Shown here piece by piece: positions 47,624-56,457 of a DNA stretch of 64,000 bases. The position numbers and the translations under genes are program-made. The stretch is from Anaeromyxobacter sp. (GTDB lineage: Bacteria; Myxococcota; Myxococcia; Myxococcales; Anaeromyxobacteraceae), in assembly GCA_049840735.1 (NCBI GenBank), contig JASGJN010000013.1:224001-288000 (forward strand). The letters run 5' to 3'. Each line of letters begins with the position of its first letter. The first letter of the stretch is position 1. The notes beneath the pieces were generated by a model that had not been told where the DNA came from, did not search any database, and saw only the letters and a program-made list of their open reading frames with translations.

Positions 47624-47642
47624 GTGCCCCCGCGCGCAGGCC

Positions 47643-47715
47643 GAGGGGTGGGGCGGGTCGATTCTTCAAACCAATGCGCGAGCACCCGCGCGCCGTCGCG
47701 AAAATCGTGAGCCCG
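47643..47715 (+). other. Putative cos-like packaging site
   Basis: GAGGGGTGGGGCGGGTCGATTCTT... upstream of the TerS-like genes; resembles the G-rich cosN context of HK97-type phages (from recall, not computed). Confidence 0.4.
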
Positions 47716-47844
47716 TTATCGTGAACTTGGTCCGGCGCCCACCCAGCCTTGTTCGGCGTCGTCCAGCGGCCACCCCGAGTCGTCCGACGGCGACCGCCGA
47801 GATACAGACGTGCGCCGCCCCGGGCCCGCGCCGAAGATTGCGGC

Positions 47845-48108
47845 ATGAGCCACGCAGACCGCGTCCGCCTCGCCGACACGCCCCCGCCCGCCGACCTGCC
47901 CGCTGACATCGCGCGCGTGTGGTGCCGGCTCGCCCCGCTGGTCGATGCCGGCGGCGTGACCGTGCTCCGCCGCCACGTCCCGTTCGCGTACCGCGCGCTG
48001 GCCGAGAGCGTCGCGCTGCACGCGCGGCACCGGAAGCCGCTCACCAACGACATCGTCTGGCTGCGTACCTTCGGCATCACCGCGCAGCAGGTCGCCGCCG
48101 TTCTCTAG
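47845..48108 (+). CDS. Short TerS-like (P27-family-like) protein
   Basis: PPPADLPADIARVWCRLAPLV and LRTFGITA mirror the PP..L...A...W..L and FGLTP motifs of the next gene. Confidence 0.55.
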   Translation: MSHADRVRLADTPPPADLPADIARVWCRLAPLVDAGGVTVLRRHVPFAYRALAESVALHARHRKPLTNDIVWLRTFGITAQQVAAVL

Positions 48109-48117
48109 GAGAGCACC

Positions 48118-48546
48118 ATGGCCCGCCCCCGCCTGCCCCGCCGCGTGAAGGAACTCCGCGGCACGCTCCACCCGGAGCGCGAGCCCAAGAACCCCGCCAC
48201 GTTGCCCGGCTGCCGCGTGCCTGCGCCGCCGCGCGGCATGAGCGCCGCCATGCGCCGCGTCTGGCGGGAGCTCGCGGCCCAGGTCGACGCGATCGGCTGC
48301 TATGGGCCCAGCGACTACACTTCCTTCCGCCTCCTCGTGCACGCCGTGCACACGGTCGACAGCCTGGGCGACGACGTCGCCGACAGCCCGCGCTTTCGCT
48401 TCATGGCTGCAGCCTCCGCCATGCTTCAGCGCTTCGGGCTCGATCCGGCGAGCCGCAGCCGCGTGGAGCGGTCGGTTCCCGGCAGCACCGCGGCGGTGGA
48501 CCCCGACGACGAGTTCGCCCAGCCCGGCCTCCGCATCGTGAAATAG
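48118..48546 (+). CDS. Phage terminase small subunit, P27 family
   Basis: MARPRLP..VKELRGT, PAPP..MS....VW.EL, FGLDPASRSRV, DPDDEF; AGGAG RBS. Confidence 0.8.
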   Translation: MARPRLPRRVKELRGTLHPEREPKNPATLPGCRVPAPPRGMSAAMRRVWRELAAQVDAIGCYGPSDYTSFRLLVHAVHTVDSLGDDVADSPRFRFMAAASAMLQRFGLDPASRSRVERSVPGSTAAVDPDDEFAQPGLRIVK

Positions 48547-48827
48547 CTGCGCCGCAGGCAGCAGGAGCGCACCACACTAATGGTGCGCGTCCGCGAGTTC
48601 CGGTCAACAGTTGAGGCATGGTGACTGTCGGACAGCGGAGCGCTGCGAGCTCAATTGAAGGCACGAGGTCGTGTGCGGTAGGGCGCCCTTCTCCTCGCCC
48701 TGTCGCTACCCGGCTGGCCCTCGTGCCGCAGCGCCCTTGTGCGCACCGCTACCCGCTACGTCACCTCGGAGCCGGCCCGGCGCACACCGTGGCCGGCTCC
48801 GTTCTCTTCCACGTGCGGGGTGACCCC

Positions 48828-49367
48828 ATGACTTACGAGCAGGCGAGAGCGGCAGTGACGCGGGCAGAGGCGGATGTGGCTGCGGCGGAGAAGGCGACCG
48901 TCGACGCCCAGGGCGTGGAGAAGGCGCTGCACGAGCAGGTCGCCGAGGCCGCTTACAAGAGCCTCTCCGCCGAGAGCCTCGACCCGCTCCGCGAGAAGCT
49001 CGCGCAGGCCACCGCCGCGCTGGCCACCTTCCGCTCTCGCGAGCGCCAGGCACACCGCGCCCTCGCCCAGGCGCAGGATGTGCTCGGGCACGTGGAGCGC
49101 TACCGCAAGTTCTACGACCGGAAGATGGCGGCCATGAAGCGCATCGCCGAGTTCGACAGCGCCATCGCCATCATGGTCGGCGAGTTCCGCGAGCGCATCA
49201 ACGCCAAGCTTGCGGAGCGGCAGGCCGTGGTCGCCGAGGCCGACAAGGCGCTCGCCGAGGTCCCCGTCCACGTCCGCATCGTCGTGGAGGGCATCCCGTA
49301 CCCGGCCTCGGCCCGCTCCTGGGCCCCGGTGCTCGATGCGCTCGCCAGCGCCAGCGGGGTGCACTGA
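48828..49367 (+). CDS. Coiled-coil hypothetical protein (possible scaffold)
   Basis: Ala/Glu/Lys-rich helical sequence directly upstream of the capsid gene. Confidence 0.65.
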   Translation: MTYEQARAAVTRAEADVAAAEKATVDAQGVEKALHEQVAEAAYKSLSAESLDPLREKLAQATAALATFRSRERQAHRALAQAQDVLGHVERYRKFYDRKMAAMKRIAEFDSAIAIMVGEFRERINAKLAERQAVVAEADKALAEVPVHVRIVVEGIPYPASARSWAPVLDALASASGVH

Positions 49368-50653
49368 TGGCCCAGCGTCGACCGTCATCCGCAGACCAGG
49401 ATCTCGTGGGGCGCGTCGCCGACGCGTACGTCCACCGCATCGTGGCCGAGGCCGGACGTCGGCACGCGCTGGCCACGGTCCGCGATGCTCGGCGCCGCCC
49501 GCGCGCAGCGCTCCGGCCGGGCCCCGTCGCCCAGGCCGCCGCGCCCGCTCCCCCTCCCACCCGCAGCACCACAACCGACCGGCCGGGCGACCCTCGCGCC
49601 ATGAAGGAGAGCACCATGCAGAACATCTGGAAGGGCAGCCTCGCTGGCTACGCCCTCGCCGTCCGCAACGCCATCACCAAGAAGGCCCCCGTCGACCCGC
49701 GGCTCGGCATCTTCGCCGCCAACCAGCCCACCACCATCGGTACCGAGGGCACCGGGGCGGACGGCGGCTACCTCGTCCCGCCGGACGTGCGCTCCGCCGT
49801 GGTCCAGGCCGTGCTCGCCGAGTGGAGCCTCCTCGGGCAGACGGACCGCCACCCCACCAAGTCGAACAGCGTGACGATGCCGGCCGACGCCGCCCCCGCG
49901 TGGCTCTCCTCCGGCCCGCAGCCGGCGCTCGACCCCGAGGCCGCTGCGTTCAAGCAGGCCAAGGGTGCCCTGGAGAGCCGCACGGTCCGCCTCACCAAGC
50001 TCGACGTGCTCGTGCCCGTGACGGACGAGCTCGTGGAGGACGGCGCCGCGGCGCTGGACGCCTACCTGAAGCAGGCCGTCATCGACCGGCTGACCTTCCG
50101 CATCAACGACCACCTGCTCAACAACTCCGGTGCCGGTGGCCCGCAGGGGATCCTGAGCTCGCCCGCCCTCGTCACGCAGACCAAGGAGAGCGGGCAGACG
50201 GCCGGGACGGTCGTCTACGCGAACGTCCAGAAGATGTGGAGCCGCCTCTACTCGCCGAGCAAGGCGCGCGCCGTCTGGATCGCGCACTCGGACGTCGAGA
50301 TGGCGCTCCAGGGCGTGACGGCGCCCACGGGCGCCCCGGCGCTGGTGTACGTCCCCGGTGAGCCCTTCCCGCGCCTCTTCGGCCGCCCCGTGCTCGTCAC
50401 CGAGGCTGCGCAGCCAATCGGCACCGTGGGCGACCTCGTGCTGGTGGACCCGGGGTCCATCTTCACCGCCATGCGCGAGGGCGACAACGACGGGCTCAAG
50501 GCCGACTTCTCGATGCACGTCTGGTTCGACCAGGGCATCAGCGCCTTCCGCTTCACGATGCGCGTCGGCGCGGCGTCCTGGTGGGCGCAGCCCGTGAGCC
50601 GCTACCGCGGTGGCGCGACCCTCAGCACGCACGTCGCTCTCGAGGCCCGGTAA
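49367..50653 (+). CDS. HK97-fold phage major capsid protein (alternative start at 49616)
   Basis: EGTGADGGYLVP, KL..LVPVTDELVED, G.G.PQGIL, LFGRPV.VTE, GDLVLVD, SMHVWFD....AFRFTMRV. Confidence 0.9.
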   Translation: MAQRRPSSADQDLVGRVADAYVHRIVAEAGRRHALATVRDARRRPRAALRPGPVAQAAAPAPPPTRSTTTDRPGDPRAMKESTMQNIWKGSLAGYALAVRNAITKKAPVDPRLGIFAANQPTTIGTEGTGADGGYLVPPDVRSAVVQAVLAEWSLLGQTDRHPTKSNSVTMPADAAPAWLSSGPQPALDPEAAAFKQAKGALESRTVRLTKLDVLVPVTDELVEDGAAALDAYLKQAVIDRLTFRINDHLLNNSGAGGPQGILSSPALVTQTKESGQTAGTVVYANVQKMWSRLYSPSKARAVWIAHSDVEMALQGVTAPTGAPALVYVPGEPFPRLFGRPVLVTEAAQPIGTVGDLVLVDPGSIFTAMREGDNDGLKADFSMHVWFDQGISAFRFTMRVGAASWWAQPVSRYRGGATLSTHVALEAR

Positions 50654-50711
50654 CCAAGCTCGGTGCGGGGCGGCTAACCGCTGCTCCGCGCCGAACTACG
50701 AGGAGGCTCCC

Positions 50712-50792
50712 ATGCTCATCTACGTCGCCTGCGCAGTCGCCGGCTCGCTGGCCGCCTACCTCCGCTACCGCAACGTCGGGGACGGGGCATGA
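50712..50792 (+). CDS. 26-aa hydrophobic peptide
   Basis: AGGAGG RBS, single hydrophobic segment, ATGA-coupled to the next ORF. Confidence 0.4.
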   Translation: MLIYVACAVAGSLAAYLRYRNVGDGA

Positions 50793-50998
50793 CTCCCGGC
50801 GCCGCACGGATGCAGCGGCTGCGGGCTGCGCGCGCAGCTGCAGGACTCTGCCGGTGCGGACGCCAGCCGCCGGCCGGGCGCAAGGCCTGTGCGCTCTGCC
50901 TCGCCCGCAACCGGGCATCCATCCAACGTCGTCGCGCCGCGGGCTACAGGCTTGTCTGGGCGCGCCGCTCCACGCGCACGCAGCGCCGGGTCGCCTGA
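50789..50998 (+). CDS. Small basic Cys4 zinc-finger-like protein
   Basis: GLCRCGRQPPAGRKACALC. Confidence 0.6.
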   Translation: MTPGAARMQRLRAARAAAGLCRCGRQPPAGRKACALCLARNRASIQRRRAAGYRLVWARRSTRTQRRVA

Positions 50999-51008
50999 GA
51001 GGAACACC

Positions 51009-52733
51009 ATGTCCGTCCCCGAGATTGTCCTCAACCGCTTCATCGGCAGCCGGCCCGACGCCCGCGTGCGCGCCGATGAGATGCTCCCGGCCGCCGCCGT
51101 GGTCGCGGAGCTCCAGGCCGCGGCGGCGCGTGGCGAGTCGGTCGTGCTCCTCCGCCTGGACGAGTGCCCCGGCGGCCAGTGCGCCGAGAGCTTCGCCCTC
51201 TACGACGCCCTGCGCGCCTACTCCGCGGGCGGTGGGGTCGTCGTGGCCCACGTCACGGGCTGGGCGTCCAGCACCGCCGCCGCGCTGGTGGCCGCTGCGG
51301 ACTACGTCGTCATGGACCGAGGCGCGGCCATCATCGTGCACGCCATGTACGGAGGCGCGACCCAGGACGTCGCCCAGGCCAACGCGGTCATGCTGGGCAT
51401 CCTCTCCGCCCGGACCGGCACGCCCGAGGCGGACCTGCGGCACTGGCTCACGCTCCGGGATGGCACGCCCGGCCCGAACTTCGCCGAGCTCGACCCGGAC
51501 GCTGCCCTTTCGCACGGCTGGGCCGACACCATCGGTCCGCTGGAGCGGGCGCGTGCGCTGGCGGAACGCCTCGCCCGCTGGCCCGAGGACCGCCCCCTCA
51601 CACCGCGCCGGCTGGTGCTCGCCACCAGGGACGAGCCCCGGCTCCCGCCGCGCGTGGACGCGCGGGTCTGCGGCGTCAAGCTCGACCACCTGGGCACCGC
51701 GCTCAAAGCCGCTAAGGAGAACGTCCAGATCGGGTCGTACACCATCGAGGAGACGCTCGCCATGACAGCCGCGGCGAACTTCCCCCGGGTCTACAAGTTC
51801 CCCACCAACAACGTAGCTGTTGTCCACAACGGCTCTGGGTACGTCGCGCTGTGCACGTCCAACGGCGCCGCGTACTACAGCGGCGACTACGGGGTCACGT
51901 GGACCGCGTACACGTGCCCGGCGCTGGTCTACCGGGACATCTGCTACATGAGTAACGTCGCTCGGTACGTGGCCGTCGGTGACAGCGGCTCTGCGTACGG
52001 TGGCGGTCAGTCCAACTGGACCTCGCTCGCGCTCACCGGGTCCTACTACGCCATCGCGTTCTCGCCGACGCTGGGCATGGCTGTCGCCGTTCAGGCTTCG
52101 GGCGCGGCCACGACCGCGTACAGCTACACCACCACGGGCACATCGTGGACCGCGGGCACCATGAACATCGCAGCGTTCTGGGGAGGGGTTCGCTGGGTGG
52201 GTGGAACGGTGAACCGGTTCATCGCGACGGGCCGGACCGCCGCGGGCAACCCGGTCTGCTACTCGTCCACGAACGGGACTACGTGGTCCAACGAGTCCCT
52301 GCCGAACGGCGGCACCACGTTCCTCTCCGGGCTGAACTACCCGACCGTGGTGGTCAACTGCGACTACTCGAAGATCGGGATCATCTGCCAGGGCTACACC
52401 TGGCTCCGCCAGACGAACGGCACGTGGCTCTACTACACGAACGACCTGACGGGCATCCCGAAGCAGGGCTCGGGCAGCCCGCTCGTGTTCGTCGTGACCC
52501 AGAGCGGCACCACCAAGAACTGGCTCAGCACGGACCTGCGCACGTTCCGCGAGTTCAGCGCGGCCGACGTGGGCATGGGCAGCAACTTGGATTACGCGCT
52601 GTTCGAGTCCAAGGCGTACTCCCAGATCTCGCGGTTCATCGCGGTGGGCGGCTCCGGGTTCGGCGCGGGCATGGAGTACCAGATTCTGGTGACCCGGCGC
52701 GGAGAGCGGCATGTCGACTTGTCGCTGCGGTAG
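51009..52733 (+). CDS. ClpP/S14-like head maturation protease fused to an Asp-box beta-propeller domain
   Basis: N-terminal ECPGG...FALYDAL, VTGWASSTAA, AADYVVM, IIVH, AALSHGWAD. C-terminal Asp-boxes YSGDYGVTW, YTTTGTSW, SSTNGTTW, LSTDLRTF. Confidence 0.75.
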   Translation: MSVPEIVLNRFIGSRPDARVRADEMLPAAAVVAELQAAAARGESVVLLRLDECPGGQCAESFALYDALRAYSAGGGVVVAHVTGWASSTAAALVAAADYVVMDRGAAIIVHAMYGGATQDVAQANAVMLGILSARTGTPEADLRHWLTLRDGTPGPNFAELDPDAALSHGWADTIGPLERARALAERLARWPEDRPLTPRRLVLATRDEPRLPPRVDARVCGVKLDHLGTALKAAKENVQIGSYTIEETLAMTAAANFPRVYKFPTNNVAVVHNGSGYVALCTSNGAAYYSGDYGVTWTAYTCPALVYRDICYMSNVARYVAVGDSGSAYGGGQSNWTSLALTGSYYAIAFSPTLGMAVAVQASGAATTAYSYTTTGTSWTAGTMNIAAFWGGVRWVGGTVNRFIATGRTAAGNPVCYSSTNGTTWSNESLPNGGTTFLSGLNYPTVVVNCDYSKIGIICQGYTWLRQTNGTWLYYTNDLTGIPKQGSGSPLVFVVTQSGTTKNWLSTDLRTFREFSAADVGMGSNLDYALFESKAYSQISRFIAVGGSGFGAGMEYQILVTRRGERHVDLSLR

Positions 52734-53190
52734 GCAGGCGCGGGAAGGGTTCCGTACCTGTGCGCGATGCGCTGCGCGGGTCGCTGAGCGTGCGCGTCGG
52801 CTGCTGAGTGCCGGCGTCTGCCATCGCTGCGGCGAGCGGCCGATCTGGTCGGGCGGCGAGTGCTGGGTCTGCCGCGACCGCCGCGCGGCGCGCATCCGCG
52901 TGCGAGCGCTCATAGCCGCCCGCGCAGCGCCTGGTCGGCGCCGCCGTCGCCCGGCCGCTCCGCCCGCCCCAGAGCCGCGCGCTCCTTCTCTCGGCCCCTG
53001 CCGCTGCGACGGGCTCCTCCGGTCGGATGGCACGTGCTGGACGTGCGCGCGGTGCGCCCGCGTGGCCGTGACGCTGACCGCGACACCCGACCTCTTCCGG
53101 CCGGGCGCGCTGCGGTGCGCTCGCCACGGCGTGCTGCCGCGCGACGCAACCGCGTGCCCGGTCTGCGCGCGGGCCGAGCGCGCCGCCTGA
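52711..53190 (+). CDS. Multi-Cys zinc-finger-like protein
   Basis: CRCGRQ..G..TCARC, CHRC..CWVC, CRC..CWTC..C, C..H..CPVC. Confidence 0.6.
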   Translation: MSTCRCGRQAREGFRTCARCAARVAERARRLLSAGVCHRCGERPIWSGGECWVCRDRRAARIRVRALIAARAAPGRRRRRPAAPPAPEPRAPSLGPCRCDGLLRSDGTCWTCARCARVAVTLTATPDLFRPGALRCARHGVLPRDATACPVCARAERAA

Positions 53191-53346
53191 GCGCATCACC
53201 CACTATCCCGCGCCCGCTAGCTCCTACGTCCCCGAGCACTTGGCGGGAAACGTCCGGCCCCGTTTCACGGAGAGTGCGCTGCGTAGCGAAGTACGTCACA
53301 AGGCTTCTCCAGCAGCCGACGCCAACCGCTGAACGGAGAAACCGCC

Positions 53347-53808
53347 ATGACGACCAAGACCGCCAAGAAGACCTCCCGCCCCGCCGCCAAGCCCGCCGCC
53401 AAGAAGGCCGCCCCCGCCCAGAAGCCGGCCGCGAAGCCCGCCGCCGCTGCGCCTGCCGCTGCCCCGGCCCCCGCCGCCAAGCCGGCCTCCGCCCCCGCGC
53501 CGAAGGCCGAGCGCGCGACGCGGGCCGGGCTGGCCTACGCGCTCATCCAGCAGGGCAAGTCCAACGTCGAGGTGTGGGCGGCGCTCCGGGCCGCGTTCGA
53601 CATGCCCGACCACCACTCCTACTACCCGGTCTGGTACCGGGCGAAGCTGGTTCAGGACGGCGTCATCACCAAGGAGTTCGCCCGCCAGCACCGCGGGCCC
53701 ATCATGCAGCGCAAGCCCGCCGCGCCGGTCGCGAGCTCGCCCGCCGCTGCCCCGGCCCCGGCCGCCAAGCCGGCGCCCCAGGCCGAGCCGAAGAAGGCCG
53801 CCAAGTAG
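53347..53808 (+). CDS. Histone H1/AlgP-like Lys-Pro-Ala repeat protein with small central domain
   Basis: Repeated AAKP/KPAA at both termini; GGAG RBS. Confidence 0.75.
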   Translation: MTTKTAKKTSRPAAKPAAKKAAPAQKPAAKPAAAAPAAAPAPAAKPASAPAPKAERATRAGLAYALIQQGKSNVEVWAALRAAFDMPDHHSYYPVWYRAKLVQDGVITKEFARQHRGPIMQRKPAAPVASSPAAAPAPAAKPAPQAEPKKAAK

Positions 53809-53835
53809 CGCGCCCCGCCAGCCGTGCAGCGCTCC

Positions 53836-53860
53836 GCGCCCTGGGGAAGCCCCAGGGCGC
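53836..53860 (+). terminator. Hairpin ending the structural operon
   Basis: GCGCCCTGGGG-AAG-CCCCAGGGCGC perfect 11-bp stem. Confidence 0.55.
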
Positions 53861-54018
53861 AGTCGTTTCTGCGCATGGAAACTGTCCACGGGCGTCGGAC
53901 GCTTGGTACCATGCTGCCCGGCGTGTACTGACTGTGATCGCCAGTGCTCCGTCCCGCGGTCGGGGGTCGGACGCGCGGTGTTCACGGCGGTATCGTTGCA
54001 ACAGAGGGGAACGACACC

Positions 54019-55506
54019 GTGCTCGACTACAAGGCGTGGCCCGAGAAGACGCTCTCGGTAACGGCCCTGCAACTCGATCCGAAGAATCCGCGCCTGCCTG
54101 CAGGCGAGGAACTGGGGCAGCGTGACCTGATCGCGGAGCTTGTCGAGAATGACGACGTGTACGAACTCGCGAGGGACATCGCGGCCGATGGCTACTCGCC
54201 CCTCGAGAACCTGATCGGTCTGGAAGAGGACGACAAGGTCTTCATCGTCGAGGGCAACCGCCGGCTCGCGTCGCTGAAGTTGCTAATCAACCCCGATCTG
54301 GCGCCAGAGGGGCACATCAAGAAGTTCCGCGCCCTCGCGGCTGAGCTCTCCGATCCGACAAAGAAGGTGCGAGTCGTCATCGCGCCGAGCCGCGAGGCCG
54401 CCGCGCCGCTCCTTATGCGGAAGCACACCCGCACGTCGATCGCACGGTGGAGTACGCTCCAGCAGGCGCGTTACTACAAGACCCTCGTCCGGGAGGGCAT
54501 GTCGCTCAAGCGCGTGGCAGAACAGTATGGTGGCACTGCCGGCGAGATTGCAGAGGCCCTGCGAATCAACGCGCTTTACGAGATGGCATGCGGGCTGGAC
54601 CTGCCGGAGGAGGTCCGCGCGAAGGTTCACAATCCGCGCGAGTTCCCGGCCACGACTCTGACGAGACTCTTCGGCGCTCCTGCCATCCGTGAGTTGCTCG
54701 GCGTGGAGTTCAGCGACGAGGGGACCGTTAAGGGCAAGATTCATCCCGACGAATTTCGGCGCGTCTACACCCGCATCCTCACCGAGATCGCTTCGGGCGA
54801 GGCGGACTCTCGCGTGCTCGACTCGGTCCCGCTAATGCTCGACTGGGTGAAGGGGCTGGGGAAGGACCTGCCGGACCCCAAGCGAAAGGGGTCCTTCGAA
54901 CCCGCCGACATCGCTGCAGGGAAGGCGGCCGTTGGTGGCGTGAAGACGGCGACGCCCCCGCCAGCGAAGGCCGCGCGTGCACCCCGCAAGTCCAAGAGCG
55001 TTGTGCCGACGGGCACGCGCTGCACCGTCGCCGATGACCGCATCCGCGACATCTTCGAGGAGCTCAAGCGGTTGCCTGTGGACACGCTCCGCAACTCGTC
55101 CGCCGTCATGATGCGGATCCTTCTGGATTTGGCGGTCGGGCACTACATGTCCAGGACGGGCAAGGTGAAGCCCATCATCGCCGCGGAACGAGAGAGGCTG
55201 AGCAAGCGCAAGAAGCACCTGCCTCGGGACTGGTTCCCCGGCCTGCGGGAGTTGATGAGCGCGCTGATCAGCGACCCTGACTTCTCGCTGCATCCCCAGG
55301 CGCACAGACAGGTGCAGCGGATGCTCAAGCGCGACGAGAGCTCGTTCTCTCTCGACGACCTGAACGCGTACGTTCACAGTCCGTACGTGGAGCCGTCCCC
55401 CAAGGAGTTGCGAGCCGCATGGAAGACCTTGGAGGAGATCTTCGAGGTCGTGCTCCACGAGCCCATCGTGCCGCCCTGGCAACAGAAGGACAGCCCCAAA
55501 GGCTAG
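54019..55506 (+). CDS. ParB/Srx-like N-terminal domain protein with helical C-terminal domain
   Basis: LQLDPKNPRL, LARDIAADGY.P.E, IVEGNRRLASLKLL; C-terminal MRILLDL and LNAYVH. Lower GC3 than host genes. Confidence 0.75.
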   Translation: MLDYKAWPEKTLSVTALQLDPKNPRLPAGEELGQRDLIAELVENDDVYELARDIAADGYSPLENLIGLEEDDKVFIVEGNRRLASLKLLINPDLAPEGHIKKFRALAAELSDPTKKVRVVIAPSREAAAPLLMRKHTRTSIARWSTLQQARYYKTLVREGMSLKRVAEQYGGTAGEIAEALRINALYEMACGLDLPEEVRAKVHNPREFPATTLTRLFGAPAIRELLGVEFSDEGTVKGKIHPDEFRRVYTRILTEIASGEADSRVLDSVPLMLDWVKGLGKDLPDPKRKGSFEPADIAAGKAAVGGVKTATPPPAKAARAPRKSKSVVPTGTRCTVADDRIRDIFEELKRLPVDTLRNSSAVMMRILLDLAVGHYMSRTGKVKPIIAAERERLSKRKKHLPRDWFPGLRELMSALISDPDFSLHPQAHRQVQRMLKRDESSFSLDDLNAYVHSPYVEPSPKELRAAWKTLEEIFEVVLHEPIVPPWQQKDSPKG

Positions 55507-55519
55507 TATTCGGAACGCG

Positions 55520-56439
55520 ATGGCGACAGCACAGAGCCCCCTTCGGTACCCCGGCGGTAAGCGAATCCTTGCGCGCGTGCTGTCGCACGTCGCCCGCATC
55601 AACGACGTTATCGGCGGCACGTACGCGGAGCCCTACGCCGGCGGCGCTGGCGCGGCGCTAGACCTGCTCTTCGGAGAGTACGTCCACCGCATCCTCATCA
55701 ACGATGCCAATCCATGTGTGCATGCGTTCTGGACGGCCGCGCTCGGCCAGACCGAGCGCTTCCTCAAGCTGGTGCACACGACGCCGCTCACCGTTGAAGA
55801 GTGGGAGCGGCAACGGCAAATCTGCCCAAGCGCCCAAGCGACACTCAGCGCTGCGCCTAGGCTTCGCCACCTTCTACCTGAACCGCTGCAACCGTTCGGG
55901 CATCATCGTCAACGGGGGTCCGATTGGCGGCAAGGACCAGCGCGGGAAGTGGAAGATCGACGCCCGGTACAACCCTGCCGAACTTGATCGACGGATCCGG
56001 AAGATCGCCGCTTACCGCGACCGCATCGCCCTCTCGAACCTCGACGCTATCGACTTCCTCGACCAGGTGAAGGCGCTGCCGGCGAAGGAGAAGCCGTTCG
56101 TCTACCTAGACCCGCCCTACTACGCGAAGGGTCAGGGCCTGTATCTCAACTACTACGAGCCCGAGGACCACGCGCGGCTAGCGACGTATCTCAAGAAGGC
56201 CGCCTTCCCCTGGGTCCTCTCCTACGACAACGTGCCCGAGGTTCGCCGGCTCTATGCGCGTCTCCGGCAGGTTCCGTTCGACCTCGGGTACAGCGCCAGA
56301 GAGCGACGCATCGGCAGCGAAGTGCTGAATCCTTAAGCGCGGCCTCTTGTTCCCGAAGTCTTGGACGTCCGGAATCCCACCCGAGTTCATCACCGCCCGA
56401 GACGACTTACGCGTTCCGTTTCCGGGCATCGCTGCTTAG
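55520..56439 (+). CDS. Dam/D12-class DNA adenine methyltransferase (frameshifts near 55820 and 56330)
   Basis: SPLRYPGGK, YAEPYAGGAG, IND.N, FYLNRCNRSG, YLDPPYY, SYDN. Confidence 0.88.
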
Positions 56440-56457
56440 CCCACGCGAGGAGCGCCC

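Noticed and set aside
48604..48658. Palindromes TCAACAGTTGA and TCAATTGA as regulator sites
   Set aside because: Short and without a matching known consensus; not distinguishable from chance here.
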